Shown: piece after piece, positions 12,282 through 23,467 of the stretch
Layout of the letters: each line of letters begins with the position of its first letter
Numbering within the stretch: position 1 is the stretch's first letter
Assembly: GCF_032444005.1 (NCBI RefSeq)
Contig: NC_091287.1
Span: 441,812,001 to 441,876,000 of the forward strand
Source of the DNA: Ranitomeya imitator
Taxonomy: Eukaryota
Length of the DNA: 64,000 bases
Direction: 5' to 3'
Notes under the pieces: generated by a model
Databases searched by the model: none
Told to the model about the DNA's origin: nothing
What the model saw: only the letters and a program-made list of their open reading frames with translations
Program-made: the position numbers and the translations under genes

Positions 12282-13029
12282 TTGCGGCGCTCATTCGAAT
12301 CCGGTTTCTTCCTAGCAAACTGACCCTTGGTTGGTTCTACAGGTGGATATTAGAATATTCATCTTTAGGGCTCGTGCACACAAGAGTATACCGTATATAC
12401 TCGAGTATAAGCCGAGATTTTCAGCCCATTTTTTGTGGCTGAAAGTCCCCCTCTCAGCTTATACTCGAGTCATACCCAGAGGTCGGCAGGGGAGGGGGAG
12501 CAGGGGCTGTCTAATTATACTCACCTACTCCTGGCGCGGTCCCTGTATGTCCCTTGTTCCCCGGCAGCTTCTTCCTGTACTGAGCGATCACATGGTACCG
12601 CTCATTACAGTAATGAATATGTGGCTCCACCTCCCATAGGGGTGGAGCCGCATATTCATTACTGTAATGAGCGGTAACGGTGAGCGCTCAGTACAGGAAG
12701 AAGCTGCCGGCGCCAGGGAAGCCAGCCAGGGACAGCGCCAGGAGCAGGTGAGTATAACGGGGAGGGGGAGCGCTGAGCTGCGCGATATTCACCTGCTCCT
12801 CGTTCCAGCCGCCGCTCTGTCTTCAGCACTGACGCTCAGGTCAGAGGGCGCGGTGACGTGGTTAGTGCGCGCTCTCTGCCTGACCATCAGTGAAGATGGA
12901 GCGGTGCCGGAACGAAGTCAGGTGAATATTGAAAGTGCCGGGGGCCTGAGCGACGGAGAGGTGAGTATGTGATTTTTTTTTTTTTATCGCAGCAACAGCA
13001 AATGGGGCAAGTGTCTGTATGGAGCATCT

Positions 13030-13380
13030 TATGGGGCCATAACGTTTGTGCAGCACTATATGGGGCCATAACGTTTGTGCGGCACTATATGGGGCCATAA
13101 CGTTTGTGCGGCACTATATGGGGCCATAACGTTTGTGCAGCACTATATGGGGCCATAACGTTTGTGCAGCACTATATGGGGCCATAACGTTTGTGCAGCA
13201 CTATATGGGGCCATAACGTTTGTGCAGCACTATATGGGGCCATAACGTTTGTGCAGCACTATATGGGGCCATAACGTTTGTGCAGCATTATATGGGGCCA
13301 TAACGTTTGTGCAGCACTAAATGGGGCCATAATGTTTGTGCAGCATTATATGGGGCCATAACGTTTGTGCAGCATTATAT
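13030..13380. repeat. 29-bp minisatellite inside the Tc2-like element
   Basis: About 12 copies of atatggggccataacgtttgtgcagcact. Confidence 0.9.
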
Positions 13381-13439
13381 TGGGCAAATGTCTGTATGGA
13401 GCTCTATGGAGCATCTTACGGGGCCATTATTAACCTTTA

Positions 13440-13809
13440 GGCTGCGTTCACACGTTCCGGTTTTTTCGCGGTTTTTTCGCGGTTTTTCCCCATAAAAACG
13501 CTATAAAACCGCAAAAAAACCGCATACAAGAAGCATCCCATCATTTAGAATGAATTCCGCATGTTTTGTGCACATGATGCGTTTTTTTCCGCATAAAAAA
13601 CGCATCAGGCACAAAATCCGGACATGCTCATTCTTTTTGCGGTTTTTATGCGGATTTCCCACTGCAAAATGCATTGGGAAGTGTCCGGAAAAAACCGCGT
13701 CAAAAACGCGGCAAAAAACGCATGCGGATTTCTTCCGGATTTCATGCAGAAAATGTCCGGTTTTTCACAGGAATTTTCTGCATGAATTCCTGAACGTGTG
13801 CACTTAGCC
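13440..13809. mobile_element. Harbinger-like MITE nested in the Tc2-like element
   Basis: TTA|ggctgcgttcacacgttc...gaacgtgtgcacttagcc|TTA. Confidence 0.8.
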
Positions 13810-14346
13810 TTATGCAGGATTATATGGGGCATATTTTAATATGGAGCATCTTATGGGGCCCATCATAAACTTTATGGAGCATTATATGGGGCTCCTGATT
13901 CAATATGGATATTCAAAAACACTTAACCTACTGATGTCTCAATTTTACTTTTATTGGTTTCTATTGTTACTTTTGACATTTACCGGTAGCTGCTGCATTT
14001 CCCACCCTAGGCTTATACTCGAGTCATGAAGTTTTCCCAGTTTTTTGTGGCAAAATTCAGGGGGTCGGCTTATACTCGAGTATATACGGTAAATTGTACG
14101 AGTACTAGCAGATTTTTTTTTTTCATCGTGTAGCACACTGAACCAATGTTTTTCAATGAAACAGTACAGATGCAATTTTTTTCACAGATTGTGTCTGGAA
14201 AAAAAAAATCTGTCATTGTGCTGAAATTGCATGAGACTCACCCATTCAAGAACAAAAAACATACAATCAGATTCCACAGTATAGCATCCGACTTTTACGG
14301 ATACATTACAATTCTGTACCATAAGAAACTGTAAGAGCTCGTGTAA

Positions 14347-15559
14347 TCTACTATATAATTGTCTAAGGGTCACTTCCGTCTGTCACGGATATTCATTGGT
14401 CGCGGCCTCTGTCAGTCATGGAAATCCAAGTCGCTGATTGGTCGTAGCAAAACAGCTACGACCAATCAGCGACGGGCACAGTCCAAAAGAAGATGGCCGC
14501 GCCGTACTCCCCCTCCGGTCACAGCGCCCGCGCCGTACTCCCCCTCCGGTCACAGCGCCCGCGCCGTACTCCCCCTCCGGTCACAGCGCCCGCGCCGTAC
14601 TCCCCCTCCGGTCACAGCGCCCGCGCCGTACTCCCCCTCCGGTCACAGCGCCCGCGCCGTACTCCCCCTCCGGTCACAGCGCCCGCGCCGTACTCCCCCT
14701 CCGGTCACAGCACCCGCGCCGTACTCCCCCTCCGGTCACAGCGCCCGCGCCGTACTCCCCCTCCAGTCACAGCGCCCGCGCCGTACTCCCCCTCCGGTCA
14801 CAGCGCCCGCGCCGTACTCCCCCTCCGGTCAGCGCTCACACAGGGTTAATGGCAGCGTTGACCGCGGTGTAACACACTCGGTTAACGCTGCTATTAACCC
14901 TGTGTGACCAACTTTTTACTATTCATGCTGCCTATGTAGTATATTGGCCAGCCACGTAGTATATTGGCCAGCCACATAGTATATTGCCCAGCCACGTAGT
15001 ATATTGCCCAGCCACTTAGTATATTGCACAGCGACGGAGTATACTGCACAGAGCCACGCAATATAGAGACTTAAAATAAAAAATAAACATATACTCACCT
15101 TCCGAAGGCCCGTTGAAGTCCTGCTATACTCACCATCCGCCGCCTTTCCCGCTCCTCGCAACGCTCCGGTGACCGCTCCATTGCAAGCGGCAGCTTCCGG
15201 TCCCAGGGCTGGTAAGATGCGCTGGACCTGTGATGACGTCGCGGTCACATGACCGTGACATCATGGCAGGTCCTTGTCGCATACAATCCTTGGCACCGGA
15301 ACCTGCCGCTTGCATGGAGCGCAATAGACTACGTGGGCTGAGCAATAGACTAAGTGGGCTGCGCAATAGACTATGTGGGCTGCGCAATAGACTACGTGGC
15401 CTGCGCAATATACAATGTGGGCTGCGCAATATACTACGTGGGCTGCGCAATATACTACGTGGGCTGTGTGGGCTGCGCAATGTACTGCGTGGGCTGTGCT
15501 ATACACTACGCATACATATTCTAGAATACCCGATGCGTTAGAATCGGGCCACCATCTAG
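14347..15559 (+). mobile_element. Non-autonomous Helitron, complete ends, with an internal inversion
   Basis: A|TCTACTATATAATTGTC at the 5' end; hairpin cccgat-gcgttaga-atcggg, then ccaccatCTAG|T at the 3' end; A-T target and no TSD. Confidence 0.85.
14499..14830. repeat. 31-bp GC-rich minisatellite in the Helitron
   Basis: About 10.7 copies of gcgccgtactccccctccggtcacagcgccc. Confidence 0.95.
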
Positions 15560-16409
15560 TTGATTAATAACCGCGGCTGTAAAAAATACGGATTACAACA
15601 GGAAAAAAAATTGGCCCAGTTTTACAAATAAAAATCGGTCTTGTCACCCCCCAGCTAACCTACTTTTGGTTTTACAATATGGAGCGCTTCCTTTGATATT
15701 TTTTATTATACTAAATATAACATTTACTAGCCTATAAACTTCGCAGATGTGATATGTTGTATTCCTATAATACTAAATCTAGTACAGACTCGGGGAGAAA
15801 CCATCCTTAAAGGTACATCTTAATCCTAATGAAATTTTCATGGGACTATAGTCCACGACGGGCCATTAAACGAGTTTGGCTTTCTCATATTTATATAAAC
15901 AGAGCAGTTCAATGTAAATTTTGGGTCTTCAAGGACAAAGCTCTAAGTTATTCAGCAGAAAAGAAAAACTTTAGCCATTGTATCTTTAAATAGGAAATTA
16001 TATAACTTACAAATATAGAACTATCGCGTTTTACCGAAAATAAGGCATTTTCTGAAATTAAGCCCTAGCATGATTTTACAACATTTTTGTAGTATGCTTA
16101 ATATAAGCCCTACTCCAAAAGTAAGCCCCAGTTACAGTCAGGACTGGCATTAGGGGGGCGGAAACTGGGTAATTACTCAGGGCCCCCAGCGTTTCTATTC
16201 TGAGGTTAAGGCTGTTTGGTGACACCATGGTCACATAGGTCTCTTAACTGCAGGATTGTAGAGAGACTGACGGGGAGACAGGCTGGACTGTACGTGCATC
16301 AGCCAATTGCTAAATTACCGGTAATAGATGAGCTGCAGTGGCTAGCAGAGGAATGGGGAACCTGAACTAATGGGACGATATTCAGAACTAAATGAAATTT
16401 GGCTATATT

Positions 16410-17170
16410 TATGCAGCATATGCAGCATCAATAGTAAAAAGATCTAATGTTACAAAAAGTTTTATTCTCCCCCTCCGACGTCGCCCTGCTCTAATCGGCA
16501 GTGCAAGCGGCAGGTTCCAGTGCCAAGGATGCAATGCGAGAAGGACCTGCCATGCCACCACGGTCATGTGACCGCGACGTCATCACAGGTCCTGCGCTCA
16601 TACCAACCCTGGGACGGTAACCGCTCCATGCATTGCGAGATGATGACGTAGCGGTCTCGCGAGACCGCAATGCACTCTTGAGACCAGAGCGCACGAGTGA
16701 GTATATAACTTTTTTTTTTAATTCTTTTTTTAACAGGGATATGATGCCCACATTGCAACATACTGCGTGGGCTGTGCAACATACTGCGTGGGCTGTGCAA
16801 CATACTGCGTGGGCTGTGCAATATACTGCGTGGGCTGTGCAACATACTGCGTGGGCTGTGCAACATACTGCGTGGGCTGTGCAACATACTGCGTGGGCTG
16901 TGCAATGTGTTATATGATATGTGGGCTGTTATACACTCCGTGGGCTGTGCTATATACTCCGCGGGCTGTGCTATATACTACGTGGCTGTGCTATATACTA
17001 TGTGGCTGTGCTATATACTACGTGGCTGGCCGCGAACAATCAGCGACAGGCGTTAATTGGTCGCAGCCAGCCGAATCCTGTGTATTCAATGTAATATTCT
17101 AAAATCTTCATAAATAAACTACATACATATTCTAGAATACCCGATGCGTTAGAATCGAGCTACCATCTAG
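16410..17170 (+). mobile_element. 5'-truncated Helitron of the same family, with a 21-bp array
   Basis: Same 3' end (tattctagaatacccgatgcgttagaatcg...catCTAG|T); tgtgcaacatactgcgtgggc repeats at ~16750-16905. Confidence 0.75.
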
Positions 17171-17344
17171 TTGTTTTATAATGTCCTACCATCTAGGATT
17201 TATAGAATTTGTCCACCTGTGGTGACTTTATGGCAGATTTTATCTTTTTCTCAAACATATGCATGCAATCCGAGCTAAAAATAATTTTTGCAATTAGGTA
17301 CAAATACTTAACTGCATTCTATTTACAGTGTGTGTGTAGTGTGA

Positions 17345-18693
17345 CACGTAGTATATTGCCCAGCCACTTAGTATATTGCCCAGCCACTTAGCATATTGCC
17401 CAGCCACTTAGCATATTGCCCAGCCACTTAGTATATTGCCCAGCCACTTAGTATATTGCCCAGCCACTTAGTATATTGCCCAGCCACTTAGTATATTGCC
17501 CAGCCACTTAGTATATTGCCCAGCCACTTAGTATATTGCCCAGCCACTTAGTATATTGCCCAGCCACTTAGTATATTGCCCAGCCACTTAGTATATTGCC
17601 CAGCCACTTAGTATATTGCCCAGCCACTTAGTATATTGCCCAGCCACTTAGTATATTGCCCAGCCACTTAGTATATTGCCCAGCCACTTAGTATATTGCC
17701 CAGCCACTTAGTATATTGCCCAGCCACTTAGTATATTGGCCAGCCACTTAGTATATTGGCCAGCCACTTAGTATATTGGCCAGCCACTTAGTATATTGGC
17801 CAGCCACTTAGTATATTGGCCAGCCACTTAGTATATTGGCCAGCCACTTAGTATATTGGCCAGCCACTTAGTATATTGGCCAGCCACTTAGTATATTGGC
17901 CAGCCACTTAGTATATTGGCCAGCCACTTAGTATATTGGCCAGCCACTTAGTATATTGGCCAGCCATGTAGTATATTGCCCAGCCACGTAGTATATTGCA
18001 CAGCGACGGAGTATACAGCACAGAGCCACGCAATATAGAGACTTAAAATAAAAAATAAACATATACTCACCTTCCGAAGGCCCGTTGAAGTCCTGCTATG
18101 CTCACCATCCGCCGCCTTTCCCGCTCCTCGCGACGCTCCGGTGACCGCTCCACTGCAAGCGGCAGCTTCCGGTCCCAGGGCTGGTATGAGCGCAGGACCT
18201 GTGATGACGTTGCGGTCACATGAGTGTGACATCATGGCAGGTCCTTGTCGCATACAATCCTTGGCACCGGAACCTGCCGCTTGCATGGAGCGGTCACCGA
18301 AGCGTCCCGAGGAGCGGGAAAGGCGGCGGATGGTGAGTATAGCAGGTTTTTTGTTTTTATTATTTTTAACATGACATATTTTTACTATTGATGCTGCATA
18401 GGCAGCATCAATAGTAAATAGTTGGGGACACACAAGGTTAATAGCAGCGGTAACGGAGCGCGTTACACCGTGGCCCGTTACCGCTGCCATTAACCCTGTG
18501 TGAGCGGTGACTGGAGGGGATTCTGGAGCCGGCGCCGGGCACTGACTGCAGGGGAGTAGTGGAGGGACTAATTGGACTGTGCCAGTTGCTGATTGGTAGC
18601 GGCAGCCATGACAGGCAGCTGCCACGACCAATCGGCGACGCGGGATTTCCGGGACAGAAAGGCGGAAGTACCCCTTAGACAATTATATATAGA
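17345..18693 (-). mobile_element. 3'-truncated Helitron of the same family, with an expanded 20-bp array
   Basis: Minus-strand 5' end A|TCTATATATAATTGTCTAAGGGG at 18693; central module nearly identical to 15060-15320. Confidence 0.8.
17349..17995. repeat. 20-bp minisatellite
   Basis: About 32 copies of gtatattg(c/g)ccagccactta. Confidence 0.95.
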
Positions 18694-21600
18694 TATACAC
18701 ATGCCCATTATTGTAAGGATAGAAAATAAAATGAAAAATACATTAAAAGGGTTGCCAGATCTTTAAAGTTGTGCACCCAGAAGGCTATTCACCTAAAATA
18801 CTTACCCTTTTATTACCCACCATTCCAAGGCTCCTCACCCGATGCTACCAGTTGGTCTTCCGTTTACCCTGGCTGCAGACATCGAGTCCCATCTACCCTA
18901 TGTGACTGCTGCAGCCAATCACTGGCCTCAGATGTCTTATTATGTACACAGCTGACGCCAGAGATTGGCTGCAGCAGTCATGTAGGGTACACTGGACAGA
19001 AGACCATCAGGGACATTCCTCTGCTAAAGGCATTTGATGAGCAGGAAAGTGATCAATGATCATGTATATTACAGAGATGCTTTTTTATTTCATTACTAAC
19101 CAGCGTTATTAATACACGGCTTAGCGTCCCTTTAATCTGGTTGTCGTTTCAGCTATCAGGAATTCTGCAGGCCGGGAAATTACTGTCCTCCATAAAGAAA
19201 CCTTCATAATTTTACTATGAAACAGAAGCTCCAGATGTTTTACTTCTAATGAAAGACACACAAAAAAAGTGAGATCACTCCACAGTTTCCTCATTTGTGG
19301 GATTAATCCTTCCACCGTTCTGCCCCTGCTGGATGTGGCAGCCCGGTACAGTGCGTGCGCCGGGGTAATTTCACAGGTCAAGTCTCAGGCTTCACTAATA
19401 TGTAACAGTATACAGCCCCAACCACAGGAAGCGCGGACGGCCCACCTGCTTCTCCACTTAGCAGGTTCTTATTAGGGCAACGCTGGCATCCACCCACGGG
19501 GCAATGTGCCCGACTACTCAACCAACAGCTCTTCTGAGGCAGGAGGACCTTTTAGTTGCCCTTTCTAGACAGTAGGTATTAATATAGTATTTGTGAGGTT
19601 CTACCTTTATTAACATGTAGGTCATTTATTCCCCAACGCCTTTGGTTTTTGCAGCCCTGGTTCCATATTGTACGGGAATTGTCAAAACCTAAAATCTATT
19701 ATCTGGGCACATGCTATCCATACCCAACTTATCACCGTGGATGATACTTTAAAAGCCCCCTAGACAATGAACCAACATCGGTGACACCTGCCAATATCAG
19801 CATGCTCAGATGACAGGCTAATGTGTATGGGGGCATCCGAATCTTCCCTCCTCAGATTATTTCAGTGGAAAGACGGATCTGCCGTGTCCAATTTCAGACG
19901 GCTAATCCTTTGTTCTCGATGAGATCGAGGAGTCTGGTAGGGGCCAGCTTTGCCGATCGCTCCTGAGGAGCCGGGAGAGAAAGTCGACATCCATCTATAT
20001 TGTATATGGGGAGAGGGGCTTAAGTAGTTAATTCATTCCTAATTACTTTATCTGCATATAATAGTTTGGAAATTGAGCATAAATCACCCCAACACAGTCC
20101 ACATTCCCATATGGAAAACTGAATACAACCACTAGTATTCATAAAGGAAAAAAAAAAATTAACTAAAGTAAGAGGGGAAGGGTTACACTCTTCAGATCTG
20201 AAGAAAACCAGGTGAGAAAATCTTCAGGGTGTGTTCACACATTGCTGCCAGAGAAGCCACTTCAGGAAAAAGACTTCACACATAGCCATGCGAAATATGT
20301 TGGGGTACCGCTGCTTCAGGGGACGCCCCCTTAAGAAGCGATATCCACACAAAACGCGCGTCGGGGTACGTGGCCACAGTCTTGGAACAGCTACATAATG
20401 AGCCATTAACCTCATAACCGTTTGATTATACTTCCCTGTACAATGGATACCTAAATGAATTTTATGCTAACAGATCTTAGATCATCTATAGCAACATGTT
20501 GGTCTAGATAATTTGTTTTGCCACATTTGAATCAAGGATCACATACTGATGAGTTATAGTCATCACTCTACCATGTTGCTGTTTTATAAATCATGCTTAT
20601 AATAAATTAAATTGGCATTTTGTTTTAATATCTTTGTCCTGACCGTAGCCTTCAGCCACTATTTTTATTTGTACCTTTATGGATCAGAAATTTATGTACC
20701 CATATAGACAAAGACTTTTTTTTTAATCAAAATTGTATTTATTGTAAATACAAAACCTTTTTCGTGTATAATAAAATTGCAAATTGTTATATTTAATGAC
20801 TCAGATCCTCCTCCTCCTTTTGTAACTAATGAATATAACATCTGATGTCTGCACACAGTACACCGCAAACAGTATACAGGAGAATATGTGACTAGCATAT
20901 GGTAAACTGACTACAGACACCTGATAGTATACTGTATAATAATATGTATTTTGTAAAACATTTGATGTATGTATCGCCGTACATCATAGACCAAAAGTTA
21001 GGCAATTCATTTTCCAAGGTTCCACGTGAGAGTTGTGGAAGCCCGAAACAATTAATTCCGCTCAATTTGAATTATAATTATCCTTCTGTATTATTTCAAA
21101 ACACTCTTTTTCGGTGATTACTTTGTATCTCCGTTCATACTGCACCCACACACACAAATGATACACCATTTGAAAGGCAAACTTGCCCCCTTCAGCAAGA
21201 AAATAGCCAAACAAACCACACATCCACGATGTGATCACAAAATACATTTTAAACATTCATTTTCATAAAACTGCAGTAAGGAAAAATGACCTGCAGGTGG
21301 CACCACACTACCCCAAAGCCTACTGCCACAAAGATGAAACAAATCCTAACATTTGCCTTGGGGGCTTTCCAGCTTGCCGAACTCCCTGCCCAGCCGATTT
21401 CAGGCAGGTACATATAAAATATTTGCTACATATGTGGAAGTAGAATAAATGTAAACCTTTACCTGTTTTAAGACTTCAGCTTTAAAACTGAAGATGTAAA
21501 TGAATGCAGCCTAAAATGGACCGGACAGGTTCTGAACCATCAGATTTTCCGTATTATTGAACAGTCAATGAAAAGTCTATCTTCCAAGGTTGCATACGGT

Positions 21601-22015
21601 AATTCAGACTGCACATTGTTTCCCGATGGGAGAGATTGGTGGAAACAACCTTGCAAAAATAGAAAAAAAAAATAAAAATCCAACCATAGGGGAAAAATAA
21701 AATAATCTGCAGATATTACTTTTTTTTTTTTAAAAGGGATATTCCCAATTATTATACAATGGTGTAAATACGCTCAGTTATGCGGTCAATTCTCCATCAT
21801 TTTTACTGTCAAAGTGGCACTGCTGTACAGGGAGCTGCTCCGTTCACATACATAGCGCTGTGCTGCACTTCCCTACACTGCAGGTAGATGGCAGTGCTGC
21901 TGTGGAGGGGCAAAAATGCTGCTGCCCCTTGTTCTTTTACAGGATCCTGACAATCAGACCCCTTCTGATCAGTAAGTAAAATACCATTATGTTTAATGTT
22001 GGGGGATCTCCTTTA

Positions 22016-22240
22016 GGCTGGAGTCACACACAACGTATAAAAAAAATTGGTCTGTTACACGGACGACAATCACAGAAATGTTCCCTGAACAGTGATCCGT
22101 ACGTCATCCGTGTGCAGTGCGAGGATGCGATTTTCTCACATGTAAACATTCGTGTGACATTAATATGACATCCGTACAGCGAGATTATCTCGGCTCTATA
22201 GCGAAAAAACACAAAAAATCCGGAACGTGTGCACACAGCC
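22016..22240. mobile_element. Harbinger-like MITE
   Basis: TTA|ggctggagtcacac...gtgtgcacacagcc|TTA. Confidence 0.7.
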
Positions 22241-22720
22241 TTAAAGTCTTCCTTCAACCTTGATGGCTACGTTACTATGTAAACTAACATAGCCCAACAG
22301 TTTCTGAATTTGGACTGTACTTTTGGCAGTAAGCAGCTCAGCAAGTTTTACTGCAGGAAACATCTGCCCTCTCCCTGCCCTGAAGGACTGGTCTTTCACC
22401 TCCTTTGCAGGGAGATTAGATGGATTATGTGGCCAAATACATGGAGGGCTGGGAGCAAACCCAGAGACAGTTTCCTGGTCACCATGATGACCTAGCCTAG
22501 TCCTGTTGTGGGTTTGTGTTAAAGGGAAGCCGTCACCAGGAATAACGCTGGTAGCCTGCAGATACGGGGTTAATCTGAAGGTTAACAGCGTTATGGTGCT
22601 GTCTGGGGCCTACACGCAGCCGAACACAGTGGGCAGAAATGACCTTTATGCCCCACCAGCATTCAGTCATAGGGGCGGGGCTGCGTGGGTTCAGTCACGC
22701 CCTGAGCATATAGAGCGGCC

Positions 22721-23467
22721 TGTTATGGCTGGCAATCAGGCAACACAGCGTGCAGTAATCAGCGCACATACAGAGATCTGGCAATAACCAAAAACAATAG
22801 GACGAGCTCTGAGGCGTGGAATCTCTGTAGACTGCAGTACCTGATCTATCCTCACACAACTATAAGCAGCAGTGGATTGCGCCTATCACTACCTATGCAA
22901 CTCGGCACTGCCTGAGGAGCTGACTAGCCTGAAGATAGAAATACAAGCCTGACTTACCTCAGAGAAATACCCCAAAGGAATAGGCAGCCCCCCACATATA
23001 ATGACTGTTAGCAAGATGAAAAGACAAACGTAGGAATGAAATAGATTCAGCAAAGTGAGGCCCGATATTCTAGACAGAGCGAGGATAGCAAAGAGAACTA
23101 TGCAGTCTACAAAAAACCCTAAACGAAAACCACGCAAAGGGGCAAAAAGACCCACCGTGCCGAACTAACAGCACGGCGGTGCACCCCTTTGCTTCTCAGA
23201 GCTTCCAGCAAAAGTTAATAGCAAGCTGGACAGAAAAAACAGAAAACAAACTAGAAGCACTTATCTAGCAGAGCAGCAGGCCCAAGGAAAGATGCAGTAG
23301 CTCAGATCCAACACTGGAACATTGACAAGGAGCAAGGAAGACAGACTCAGGTGGAGCTAAATAGCAAGGCAGCCAACGAGCTCACCAAAACACCTGAGGG
23401 AGGAAGCCCAGAGACTGCAATACCACTTGTGACCACAGAAGTGAACTCAGCCACAGAATTCACAACA
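22721..23467 (-). repeat. 3' LTR (747 bp)
   Basis: Matches 27659-28407 with about 5 substitutions and 2 one-base indels by eye. Confidence 0.95.

Larger units (their letters stand above)
12391..14089. mobile_element. Non-autonomous Tc2/pogo-like DNA element
   Basis: TA|ccgtatatactcgagtataagccga...tcggcttatactcgagtatatacgg|TA; a partial relative lies at ~6730-6850. Confidence 0.8.
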
